From Planctomycetota bacterium (GTDB lineage: Bacteria > Planctomycetota > Planctomycetia > Pirellulales > Lacipirellulaceae), in assembly GCA_039190745.1 (NCBI GenBank), contig JBCCXZ010000001.1, positions 85,620-149,619 on the forward strand: a stretch of 64,000 nt of DNA, written 5' to 3'. Each line of letters begins with the position of its first letter. The stretch's first letter is position 1. Below the pieces are notes generated by a model. It saw only the letters and a program-made list of their open reading frames with translations. It had not been told where the DNA came from and searched no databases. The translations under genes were made by a program, and so were the position numbers. Below, one piece after another: positions 48,656-58,317 of this stretch.

Positions 48656-50056
48656 CTACCACCCCCACCAGCGGGATGCCTTTTCCATCGGCTGATGGAA
48701 CCAACTCCAGCTGAGTGTGGCCCACGGTCCACGCACCCTTGCCCGTCCCGTCATCCCCGGGCGGAGCAGATGATCTTGGTTGTCGAGTTCTAACTCGCCG
48801 ACGAACACTTGCTCGTGCCCGCGGAGTTCCGCCTGCGGGTGGATCCGGCTCAGCTTCCCCTCCCAAGTCCGTCCGGGGAAAGCGTCGAACTTGACAATCG
48901 TGTCGGCCCCGGCTGTTGCGTAGCCGACCTCGGACTCAGGAAGCAACACCTCGACCACGAGCCGATCGAGCGGGGCGACCTCAAAGAGCGACTGCCCCGT
49001 CTCCAGGGGAGCGCCCTGGACCCGCGAGAGGTCGCCGCTGACGACGCAGCCGTTGATCGGGCTCACGATGCGGAGCTGCGAGAGCCGGTCTCGCAGCAGG
49101 GCGATCCGGAGCTGGATCTCGCGGGCTTCGAGTGCGGCGAGTTGGGCCTCGGCGGTCGCACGCTTGGCCCTGGCCGAGTCGGCGGCTTTCTTGGCGCGTG
49201 CGTGCTCCGCTTCCAACACAGACAACTCTTGTTCCAATTCGTTCCCGTCCAACACCGCAAGCAGTTGACCCTCGTGGACGAGGTCTCCGCACTGCGCGGC
49301 CGCCGTGCTCAGCGTGGCGTCGAACGGGGCCGCCACGTAACGGGTGACTTTCGGCTGCGCCACACAGTCGCACCGGACGCTGTACGGCACAGGCGCGAAG
49401 GCCAAGAGAACGAGCCCGATGGCTGCCCCCAGGGCGAGCCGCCGTTTACGGCGGGAGTTCATTTTCTCTGACAGCGTGTCGAGCGCTACTCGCGCGGCTC
49501 CCCGATCAGCCCGTCGGAGTGTTGCGAATGCATCGGCAAAAGGTTCGGAGACCCCTTGGAGGGTGCGGTCGGCAAGAGCGCAGTCGCCGGGGTCGTCTCC
49601 CCAGGCGAGGCAGACGCCGATCGTCTTCTCGCCGGAGTTCCGGAGACCAATGCTGACGATCCACTCGCAGCCGAGTTGCCCGGCGAGCTGCGTGAGCGTG
49701 CGGGGACACTCCGCCGCCGCGTCGCCCCTCACCCAACGGGCAGCCTTCTCCCAATACAACGCTTCGTCCATCGCGGCTTCCATGTCGCGTGTCCGCTCGG
49801 ATCCGCGGTCGATTGATGGAACGCCGCTGACCGACATGAGGCTAGCGACCCCGCTGCGGTCGACTTCCCCGAAGGCAACTTGCGCATTGCCGAGTCGCCG
49901 GGCGAGTAACTCGGTCGCCGCTTGGGTGCTCTCTGACGCTTGGCGACCATCGAGCAACACCCCGACGAGATCGAGCGCCAAGTCGCTCACGCCCGAAGGT
50001 GCTCCGGCGTCTTTGCGTTCTTGCGTCCGCGTCCGCTGATTGGTCGTGGTCTGCAT
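48656..50056 (-). CDS. HlyD-family periplasmic adaptor with N-terminal GAF-like domain
   Basis: AAMDEA in soluble N-terminus; TM; VAAPFDATL, IVSPINGCVVSGDL, LRPGMTGRA. Confidence 0.85.
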   Translation of the reverse strand: MQTTTNQRTRTQERKDAGAPSGVSDLALDLVGVLLDGRQASESTQAATELLARRLGNAQVAFGEVDRSGVASLMSVSGVPSIDRGSERTRDMEAAMDEALYWEKAARWVRGDAAAECPRTLTQLAGQLGCEWIVSIGLRNSGEKTIGVCLAWGDDPGDCALADRTLQGVSEPFADAFATLRRADRGAARVALDTLSEKMNSRRKRRLALGAAIGLVLLAFAPVPYSVRCDCVAQPKVTRYVAAPFDATLSTAAAQCGDLVHEGQLLAVLDGNELEQELSVLEAEHARAKKAADSARAKRATAEAQLAALEAREIQLRIALLRDRLSQLRIVSPINGCVVSGDLSRVQGAPLETGQSLFEVAPLDRLVVEVLLPESEVGYATAGADTIVKFDAFPGRTWEGKLSRIHPQAELRGHEQVFVGELELDNQDHLLRPGMTGRARVRGPWATLSWSWFHQPMEKASRWWGW

Positions 50057-50088
50057 GGGAGTGCTCCTCGCCGAGGCCAGCGGGGCCG

Positions 50089-50985
50089 TTAAGGCGTCGC
50101 GAGCCGGCAGGCCTGACCGCTCCGCAGGCGACCGTCGAGGTTGGGGATGCGGACCTTTACGGTCGCGGTGCCGCTCTCTGCGTCGAGGACAGGAGAGACG
50201 AACTCGACCACCCCTTGGTGCTGCTCGCCGGTCTCAGTCACGCTCACCTGCAGGCGTTGGCCTTCTTCGAACAGCGCGGCCTCGGCCCCAAGCACGTTGA
50301 AGTTTGCGACCAAGGGGTCTAACTGGACCACGGTGAACAGGACCGGGTCGTTCGGGGCCGTGAACTCGCCGACCTGCTTGTAGACGTCGGTGACGACACC
50401 GCGTATGGGGGCACGGATGGTCCGCCGCTCGATCTGAACGAGTATCCGCTTGTGCTCGAGTTCTTTCAGCCTCAGGTTTTCCTCGGCTTGAGCCAGCTGG
50501 CCCTGAGCGATGGTCAGATCGGCCCGGGCGCGTTCCATCTCGTCGTGGCTCGCGTGGCCCTTGGCCCAGACCGACTCGATCGCCGCGGCACGTTGCTGCC
50601 GGAGCCGTACCTCCGCCTCGGACGCGGTGAGACGCCCGCGCGCGTCTTTGCCGGCCTCCGCGATCGCCAGCAGCGCTTCGTGCAACTCGGTGTCCAGCCG
50701 GGCCAGCGGCTCTCCGGCCTCGACCGGCTGCCCGATCTCGACCAGCAGTTCCTTAACGATCCCCGATTCGGGCGCAGCCACACGGATGGTCTTGTGGGGC
50801 TCGGTGAAGGCCTCGAACACCGACCATTCTGCGTCGGAGTCCGGCAAATTCGCGTCGTACTCTCCGCGAGAGTCCTGGGAGACTCCAATGACCACAACCA
50901 CACACGCTAGGGCGCCTAAGGTCTTGGGGAAAAACCGGGTCTTCAGGGAAGGCCGGTTCGTGACAAAGAACACGGGAGATTTCAT
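50089..50985 (-). CDS. RND-type membrane fusion protein (periplasmic adaptor)
   Basis: VAAPESGIVKELLVEIGQPVEAGEPL, IRAPIRGVV, SPVLDAESGT, LRSGQ; start ATG 50985 inferred. Confidence 0.88.
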   Translation of the reverse strand: MKSPVFFVTNRPSLKTRFFPKTLGALACVVVVIGVSQDSRGEYDANLPDSDAEWSVFEAFTEPHKTIRVAAPESGIVKELLVEIGQPVEAGEPLARLDTELHEALLAIAEAGKDARGRLTASEAEVRLRQQRAAAIESVWAKGHASHDEMERARADLTIAQGQLAQAEENLRLKELEHKRILVQIERRTIRAPIRGVVTDVYKQVGEFTAPNDPVLFTVVQLDPLVANFNVLGAEAALFEEGQRLQVSVTETGEQHQGVVEFVSPVLDAESGTATVKVRIPNLDGRLRSGQACRLATP

Positions 50986-51191
50986 GGGGATACCTAGCTG
51001 AGGGGGATCATCAACGCCCCGCCAACCAGCTCCGCACGCGATCGTCCAGCGCTGCACGCGATCGCTAGGTGGTTTTCTTCAGGGCCCAGAAACGTAGCCC
51101 ACAGATCACATTCGAGCGGCCGTGAGAGCTGAATCAGAGAGCGCCCCAGGCGGGCATTGAAATAGCGCGGGCCGATCGCGCGGCTTGCGGG

Positions 51192-53030
51192 TCAGGGCTG
51201 TTCGCCCCGGGGGATCTCTTCAGGCGCCGCCGCCGGTGCAACCGGCTCAGCCGGCAGAATCACGGGATACCCTGCGGCCGTCTCAACTTGATCAGAGAGC
51301 AGTGTGCCCAAGGCCCGTTGCAGCTCTGCGTCCGCCAGCGCCTGCCGCACCTGCGCGGCCACCACCTGCTGCTCCTCCTCGACGAGCCGGTCTTCCGCGT
51401 TGAGCAGGTCGTCGAGCACGAAGCTGGTCGACTGCTCGTACCCGGGCAGCATCCGCCACCGCTCGGTGAGGTACTCGACCTCGGCCCGGGTCGCCTCGAG
51501 CGCGGCCAATCGGGCGATGAATTCTTGGTGGACGATGCGCACTTCGCGGTTGGCGATCTCAACCTCCGCGCCCAGTTCGGCAGTCGCGGTACTCAACTGG
51601 CGGGAGAGCCGGGCCAGCTCGAGCTGCCGCTGACGCAGCCGGGCCCGCGCCTGCCGGCGCCCCAAGGGGACCTCAATGGCCAGCCCGGCCGTGTAGCTCG
51701 GCGCCCCTTCGCTGAACTGGTCGCCAAACGACCGGCCGACGTCGTACTCCCCGGTGAGCCCGTTGACGTAGCCATCCAGCACCAAGGCCAACGAGGGCAG
51801 CAACTGGTTCTTGGCCACGTCGGTGCGCACCGCGTTCGCCTTGATCTGAGCCAGCAGGTTGTCGATCTCCGGCCGGTGTTGGAGGGCTGTCTGTTTTGCC
51901 AGGCAGAGGTCGCCGAAGGCCGGGTGATCGACCGGGGCGTCGGCCGGCAGCAGCTCGGGGCCGCCTCGGCCGCACAGCCGTGGGGAGTTGACCAGAGAAC
52001 GCAGCTGGGCCTCGGCGTTGCGGACCCCCGCCTGTGCGCGGATCAAGTCCGCCCGCCGCGAGGCGACCTTCGAGCGCGCGCGTGCGATCTGGCTCCGGAG
52101 CGCATCAATCTGCCGGCGGTTCTCCAGCTCTTTCTGGATTCTTACTGCCCGGTCGAGGTTGCGTTGCTTCTGCAGCACCAGAGAACGCTGCAAGTAGAGC
52201 TGCCAGTACTGCCGGACGACCTTCAGGAGGTGGTCTTGCAGGCCCTCCAGGTATTCATCCCAGGCGACGCGCGTGTCGACGCTCGCGAGCACGATTAGGC
52301 TGCGGTTCACCTTCTTGCCCGCGTCACGGAGCAAGGGCTGCCGGAGGCTGACCGAGAGGCGCGTTTGAGCCTGGTCATTCGGGATGAAGAAGGTCGAGTT
52401 GCTCTCCTGAAGGATGAGTTGCTGCGAGACCTCCACCGAGGCGCCCGTCTGGGTCTTCCGGCGGTAGCCGATGTTCTCGGTGACGGTCTCTTCCAAGAAC
52501 CTGGGCACGCCGCCGGTGGTCAAGAAACTGCCGACCGGCTCATCGCGGTCGAACCAACGGTTCTCCAAGAAAACCGTGGCGTCGAACGCGGCCTCGGCTT
52601 GGGTGATGCGGGTTTCCCCAATGGCGGGCAGCACCCGCAGCGATTGGATCTGGTGAGAGTGGCTTAAGGCCTCGACCGCGATGTCTTCGAGCGTGAGCGC
52701 CACCGTGGGGCCGATCCCCCGTTGCGGCGTCCGGACCTCCTCTGCCCACCAAAGCTTCTTGTTGGCTGCGACAGCTGCATCGACCTCTTCGGGCTCCGTG
52801 CTTGCGGATGCACTCGGCGGCGTCAGCGGTTCCGGGCGGGCCGGTTGGGGCTGGTAGGGCCGCTCCTGCTCCGGGAAGACAACCGGCGGCAGATCGACAA
52901 GCGTGCTGCCGGCTATCGGATGAGGCGGGGGAGCGAAACCGGCCGCGTGCGGCTGCGGCGACGCGCAGCAGCAGGCAGCCTGGCCGGCGACCAGGCAGAG
53001 CAACGCCAACACGAACCCCTCAAAGCGCAT
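51192..53030 (-). CDS. TolC-family outer membrane channel
   Basis: Signal peptide; LTLEDIAVEAL, LRQPLLRDAG, ALQHRPEI, KNQLLPSL, LQRALGTLL. Confidence 0.9.
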   Translation of the reverse strand: MRFEGFVLALLCLVAGQAACCCASPQPHAAGFAPPPHPIAGSTLVDLPPVVFPEQERPYQPQPARPEPLTPPSASASTEPEEVDAAVAANKKLWWAEEVRTPQRGIGPTVALTLEDIAVEALSHSHQIQSLRVLPAIGETRITQAEAAFDATVFLENRWFDRDEPVGSFLTTGGVPRFLEETVTENIGYRRKTQTGASVEVSQQLILQESNSTFFIPNDQAQTRLSVSLRQPLLRDAGKKVNRSLIVLASVDTRVAWDEYLEGLQDHLLKVVRQYWQLYLQRSLVLQKQRNLDRAVRIQKELENRRQIDALRSQIARARSKVASRRADLIRAQAGVRNAEAQLRSLVNSPRLCGRGGPELLPADAPVDHPAFGDLCLAKQTALQHRPEIDNLLAQIKANAVRTDVAKNQLLPSLALVLDGYVNGLTGEYDVGRSFGDQFSEGAPSYTAGLAIEVPLGRRQARARLRQRQLELARLSRQLSTATAELGAEVEIANREVRIVHQEFIARLAALEATRAEVEYLTERWRMLPGYEQSTSFVLDDLLNAEDRLVEEEQQVVAAQVRQALADAELQRALGTLLSDQVETAAGYPVILPAEPVAPAAAPEEIPRGEQP

Positions 53031-53442
53031 CCCGTACTGCGGCCGACTTACCGTCGACCCCCCCTCTCAACCAGCTGCTCCGGACGCTCAATCGTCCTTG
53101 TCCTCTTATCGTTTATCGTCGAGGTTGGGTCTGTGCGGCTTAGTCTAGTTTTGAGGTAGGGCTTAGCTCGTGCACCTCTACGCTCGGAGCAACCGCGACA
53201 GTCCTCAGAACCGGTAAAGTTTCCCTCGCACAAAATCTCCACCAGCCAGGGATTGCACAAACCCGCAAGGCTGGATCGATCGACCCGCAAAAAGGCGAGT
53301 CCGACTGGAGATGCGCAGGCGTGACCTAGCCTTTTCCGTGCTACAGACCGGGGAATCCTCTTGAAGCTCCCTTGGTCAGCAGCACACGGAGAACGAGAGC
53401 AATCTCGTCTCGGATTTGCGTCAAAGAACCGAGCCTTGACTG

Positions 53443-56400
53443 ATGCTGCGGCCTGCCTTCCTGCGAATGAAACGTCTTGCCTTCGGCGGCGCCGAGCCGG
53501 TTGTCGGCGCGCCGGCGGCCACGCTCGACGTGGCCTTGCTGGAGGACCGCATCCTCTACAGCGCGACCCCGCTCCCCGTGGACGTTGACGCTGTTGTAGA
53601 CGCGGTTCCTGACGATGCTTTACTTGAACCCGGTGTAGAGCAGGTCCTCGCGGAGCCCCAGGACGACTCGGGTTCAGACGGCACGCCTGCCGCGGATGGC
53701 GGAGACGATTCTCTACTGACGACTGACGGGGGCCTCGAACAACAAGCGGTCGGCGATAAGCTGTACTGGGCCGATTTCACTGGCGAACGCATCGTGCGTT
53801 CCGACCTGGACGGCTCAAACGTCGAGGATGTCGTCACCGGCATCTCCGGGCCCGGCGGCATCGCGATCGACGACGTCAGCGGAAAGGTCTACTGGTCGGA
53901 GTTCTTCTCCGGCAGGATCCGTCGAGCGGACCTAGACGGCTCGAACGTCGAAGACGTCGTCACCGGAGTCGAGGGACCGAGCGGCATCGACATCGACGAG
54001 TCGGCCGGCAAGCTTTACTTCGTCGAGAACGGGCTCTTCACCAACAAAATCCGTCGCGTCGACCTCGACGGCTCGAACGACGAAGACCTGATTACGTCCG
54101 GGCTATCCAACCCCGAGGTGGTCCACCTCGATGTTGCGGGCGGCAAGATGTACTGGACCGACAGCTTCACTAGCAAGCTGCAACGGTCGAACCTCGACGG
54201 CTCGTCGGTCGAAGACATCGTCACTAGCGTCTCGGGGCCGCGGGCGGTGGCGATCGACAACGCGGGCGGCAAGGTCTACTGGATCCAGGACGGCTTAGGA
54301 GACAACCGCGTCCGCCGCGCAGACCTCGACGGGGGAAACGTTGAAGACTTGGTGACATCTGGGCTCACCACGCCGTACGGGCTTGCCATCGATCTCGACG
54401 AAAGCAAGCTCTACTGGACAGACCGGGATACCAACAAGATCCAGCGGTCGGACCTCGACGGCGGCAACGTCGAAGACATCCTCACCGGGGTAGACTTCCC
54501 CGTGAACCTGGTGATCAGCAACGCGGGCGTCGACCCCGCACCAGTCATCACAGGCCTCGACGGCGATGCCCTCACCTACCCCGAGGGCAGTGGCGCCCAG
54601 GTCATCGACCAGGGCGGTGACGCAACGGTCGTCGATCCCGATTCAACCGACTTCCAGGGTGGGACCCTCACGGTCAGGATCAGTGTCGGCGGCGTCACCG
54701 GAGAAGACATCCTCTTCATCCGCGACCAGGGCCCCGGGGCGGGCAACATTTGGATCGAAGGGTCAACCGTCCGTTACGGCCCCACTGCGGCTGGCCTGTC
54801 GATCGGCACTTACAGCGGCGGCACGGGTGGTGCACCGCTAGTGATTGCGCTAGATGACGAGGCAACCCCCGAAGCATTATCCCTGCTGCTGCGGAACATC
54901 ACCTACGAAAACACTGAGGGTAGCAACCCCACGGCCGGCACGCGGACCGTGGGCTTCGATCTCGACGACGGCGACGGCAACCTCAGCGGCACGCAAACCA
55001 CCAGCGTGGAGGTGCAGAGCACGAACGACGAGCAGAGCCTCGACGTGAATCTGCCTCTTGCACTGAATGAAGGCGGCTCGGACACCATCGACAACACTTT
55101 GCTGGCAACCAGCGACCCCGACCATGCCGCTATGCTCCTCTCCTACACGGTGAGCTCCGGGCCAACCAACGGCCAACTCTTCCGCTCGGGCGTCGCCGCG
55201 ACGAGCTTTACCCAGGCCGACGTCGACGCGGGCCTGATCACCTACCAGCACGACGGCGGCGAAACCGTCTCCGACAGCTTCACTTTCACCGTCGACGACG
55301 GGGAGGGCGTCGTCAGCGGAGGCACGTTTAGCATCTCTGTCTACCCGGTGAACGACGAGCAACAGCTGGTCACCAATAGTACGCGCAGCGTGGGCCAGGG
55401 AATGACGGCAACCCTCGGCAATGCGTTCTTGCGTACGACCGACGTGGACAACACCGCCGACCAGATTGTGTACACGGTGAACGCCGCGCCGGCCAACGGG
55501 ACGCTGCTAGTGGACGGGACCCCCAGCGGGTCGTTCACGCAGCAGCAGGTCGACGCCGGCATGGTGGCGTACCAGCACGACGGCTCGGCCACCGTGAGCG
55601 ATTCGTTCTCCTTTACCGTCGACGACGGAGAGGGAGTCGCGACCGCGAGTACGTTCAACATCACGGTCACCGGCGTCGACTTCGAAGAGTCGCTCGACGT
55701 GAACCTGCCTCTCAGTCTCGGCGAGGGCGCCGCCGCGACGATCGACAACACCCTGCTCTCCGCGAGCGACGCCGACAACACTGCCGTTCAGCTTGTATAC
55801 ACAATCGGATCGGGGCCGACGAACGGTGCGATCCTAGTGGACGGTTTCGTAGCCGCCGGCTTTACCCAAGCAGACGTCGACGCGGGCTTGGTGAGCTACC
55901 AGCACGACGGCGGCGAGACCACGGGCGACTCCTTCACGTTCAGCCTCGACGACGGGTCGGGAGACGCGACGGTCGGCACTTTCCAGATCGGTGTGACGCC
56001 CGTCAACGACGAGCAGACGCTCGCCGTCAACGCAGGCTTAACCGTGAACGAGGGCGCCGTTTCGGTCATCAGCAACACGGTTCTGTCGACAACCGACGCC
56101 GACAACTCGTCCGACGAGATTGTCTACACCGTGACCGGGGCGCCTCCGGGAGGGAAAGTTCTACTGTCGGGTGCCCCCGCGACCAGCTTCACCCAGGCCC
56201 ACATCAATGCGGGGCTGGTCACTTACCAGAACGACGGCGGCGAGGCAAACTCCGATAGCTTTTCGTTCACTGTCGACGACGGCGCCGGGGCGGTCACGGC
56301 GGGCGTTTTCACGGTGAACATCACGCCGCAGAATGATGAACAAAGCTTATCCGTGAATCTCCCGCTGGGGATCGCAGAGGGCGGCGTGGGAACCATCACC

Positions 56401-58317
56401 GGGGCTCTGCTATCGGCCACAGACGTCGACAACACGGCCGCAGAGTTGGCGTACTCCGTCACGAGCAGCCCCTCCAGCGGCGCGGTGCTGCTCTCCGGGG
56501 CAGCAACGACCGGCTTCACCCAAGACGATCTCGACAACGGCCTGGTGACCTACCAGCACGACGGCGGCGAGGCGACGGCCGACTCGTTTACCTTCTCGGT
56601 TGACGACGGCCAGGGCTCGGCCACCGCGGGCGTCTTTATGATCAATGTCACGCCGATCAACGACGAGCAGAGTCTGGCGCTCAACTCGCCGCTGGTGATC
56701 GCCGAAGGCGCCACGGGGCTGATAGACGGCAGCTTGCTCGCGGCGGCCGACCCCGACAACACGGCGACCGAACTGACCTACACAATCACCGGGGCAACGT
56801 CCAACGGCGTGTTGCTGCTGAGCGGCTCGACGACGACCGTGTTCACGCAGGCGGAGCTGGACGCGGGTCTGGTCTCCTACACGCACGACGGCGGCCCATC
56901 GACCACGGATCAGTTCACCTTCAACGTCGACGACGGAGCCGGGACTGCGACGGCCGGCGCCTTCTCGATCGTGATCAACAACACAAACGACGCGCCGCTG
57001 GTTTCGACGCCGGTGAGCGTGACGATTGCAGAAGACGGAGCCTTCGCGCCGCTCGCCTTTACCATCTCCGACGAGGAAACGGCCGCCGGTGACCTGACCG
57101 TCACGGCGACCTCCGGGGATCAGTCGCTGTTCGCCGATGCCGGGCTCACAATCGGCGGGGCCGACTCCGACCGCACCATCTCCGGCGCTGCCGTGGCCGA
57201 CCAGTCGGGCGGGCCGGTGGTCATCACTCTCAGTGTGAGTGATGGCGTCAACACTTCCCACGTGCAGTTCTCCGTGACGGTCACCCCAGCGGCGGACGCA
57301 CCCATTGCGGACGCGGACTCCTACCGCACCTCGGAGGGAGCAACGCTGATTGTCGCGGGCCCGGGCGTGCTGATCGGGGACTCCGACGCCGACGCGGACG
57401 CGATCACCGCGGTGCTCGACACCGCCCCCGCCAACGGGACCCTCGCGCTGCGAGCGGACGGCGGCTTCACGTACACGCCAGACGCCGGGTTTGTCGGCAG
57501 CGACCAATTCACCTACCGAGCCCACGACGGGGCTCTGTCGAGTGCGCCCGCGACGGTCACGATCGAAGTGGCGGCTTCGATCGCCCCCCCGCCTCCCGTC
57601 ACCGACCCGCCGCCGGACACACGCTCCCCCGAAGAGCCGGTGGCCGAGGACCCGCCTTCCAGCGAGGAAGAGCCCTCCAGGGGGGACACAGAAACCCCGG
57701 CGCCAGAAAGCCCCGGGGGCCCGACAGATCTCGCGCCTCCGTCGGACGACCGCAGCAACAATCCGCCCACCGCCGAGGGCCCGCGTGAGGTGCTGGCTGT
57801 GCCGCCCGCCGCCGACGAGACGCCCGTAGAAGCGGGTGACGAGGTTGCCGCGGCAGGCGATTCCCTACCCGCCGAATTCACCCGAGACTCGGACACCCGA
57901 TCCACCAAGCTCGACGCGGTACTCCGACGCCAGGAAGTCCGTAACGCGACCCTGGGCGACTACACCTTCGTCTTGGAAACCAGCCCCCTGTGGGACGACC
58001 TGAACCAGCTCGACGAGATGGTCGAGCAGTCGTCGGACTTCAATCAGCTGGCGATCGGGTCGGCCCTGGGGATGACCTCGAGCCTAACGGCGGGGTACGT
58101 GCTCTGGCTCATGCGGGGCGGCTACCTGCTCAGCAGCATGCTCGCGCAGATGCCGGCATGGTCGTTCGTCGACCCACTGCCGGTGCTCGAGTTCCTTACC
58201 AAGCAAGACGAAGACGACGACGAAGACTCGGTTGAGGGCATGCTGGAAAAACACAACCGCCGCCCGGATCCCGAGGCGCCGCAAAACGACAATCAACCCG
58301 TCAGCACGAGTGAATAG
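53443..58317 (+). CDS. Large adhesin-like protein: LEPR-XLL motif, 6 YWTD repeats, Ig-like, 6 cadherin/CSPG repeats, 2 Ig-like, Pro-rich linker, hydrophobic C-terminal tail
   Basis: LLEDRILYS; KLYWTD-like x6; NDEQ...FTQADVDAGLxxYQHDG x6 at 327-nt period; GYVLWLMRGGYLLSSMLAQMPAWSFVDPLPVL. Confidence 0.92.
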   Translation: MLRPAFLRMKRLAFGGAEPVVGAPAATLDVALLEDRILYSATPLPVDVDAVVDAVPDDALLEPGVEQVLAEPQDDSGSDGTPAADGGDDSLLTTDGGLEQQAVGDKLYWADFTGERIVRSDLDGSNVEDVVTGISGPGGIAIDDVSGKVYWSEFFSGRIRRADLDGSNVEDVVTGVEGPSGIDIDESAGKLYFVENGLFTNKIRRVDLDGSNDEDLITSGLSNPEVVHLDVAGGKMYWTDSFTSKLQRSNLDGSSVEDIVTSVSGPRAVAIDNAGGKVYWIQDGLGDNRVRRADLDGGNVEDLVTSGLTTPYGLAIDLDESKLYWTDRDTNKIQRSDLDGGNVEDILTGVDFPVNLVISNAGVDPAPVITGLDGDALTYPEGSGAQVIDQGGDATVVDPDSTDFQGGTLTVRISVGGVTGEDILFIRDQGPGAGNIWIEGSTVRYGPTAAGLSIGTYSGGTGGAPLVIALDDEATPEALSLLLRNITYENTEGSNPTAGTRTVGFDLDDGDGNLSGTQTTSVEVQSTNDEQSLDVNLPLALNEGGSDTIDNTLLATSDPDHAAMLLSYTVSSGPTNGQLFRSGVAATSFTQADVDAGLITYQHDGGETVSDSFTFTVDDGEGVVSGGTFSISVYPVNDEQQLVTNSTRSVGQGMTATLGNAFLRTTDVDNTADQIVYTVNAAPANGTLLVDGTPSGSFTQQQVDAGMVAYQHDGSATVSDSFSFTVDDGEGVATASTFNITVTGVDFEESLDVNLPLSLGEGAAATIDNTLLSASDADNTAVQLVYTIGSGPTNGAILVDGFVAAGFTQADVDAGLVSYQHDGGETTGDSFTFSLDDGSGDATVGTFQIGVTPVNDEQTLAVNAGLTVNEGAVSVISNTVLSTTDADNSSDEIVYTVTGAPPGGKVLLSGAPATSFTQAHINAGLVTYQNDGGEANSDSFSFTVDDGAGAVTAGVFTVNITPQNDEQSLSVNLPLGIAEGGVGTITGALLSATDVDNTAAELAYSVTSSPSSGAVLLSGAATTGFTQDDLDNGLVTYQHDGGEATADSFTFSVDDGQGSATAGVFMINVTPINDEQSLALNSPLVIAEGATGLIDGSLLAAADPDNTATELTYTITGATSNGVLLLSGSTTTVFTQAELDAGLVSYTHDGGPSTTDQFTFNVDDGAGTATAGAFSIVINNTNDAPLVSTPVSVTIAEDGAFAPLAFTISDEETAAGDLTVTATSGDQSLFADAGLTIGGADSDRTISGAAVADQSGGPVVITLSVSDGVNTSHVQFSVTVTPAADAPIADADSYRTSEGATLIVAGPGVLIGDSDADADAITAVLDTAPANGTLALRADGGFTYTPDAGFVGSDQFTYRAHDGALSSAPATVTIEVAASIAPPPPVTDPPPDTRSPEEPVAEDPPSSEEEPSRGDTETPAPESPGGPTDLAPPSDDRSNNPPTAEGPREVLAVPPAADETPVEAGDEVAAAGDSLPAEFTRDSDTRSTKLDAVLRRQEVRNATLGDYTFVLETSPLWDDLNQLDEMVEQSSDFNQLAIGSALGMTSSLTAGYVLWLMRGGYLLSSMLAQMPAWSFVDPLPVLEFLTKQDEDDDEDSVEGMLEKHNRRPDPEAPQNDNQPVSTSE

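Noticed and set aside
53031..53442. c-di-GMP riboswitch or sigma-54 promoter in the divergent spacer
   Set aside because: No convincing riboswitch consensus or TGGCAC-N5-TTGC found by eye; an Infernal scan would settle it
55024..56985. Regularly spaced repeats as a CRISPR array
   Set aside because: In-frame 327-nt degenerate protein repeats; no cas genes or repeat-spacer pattern in the window
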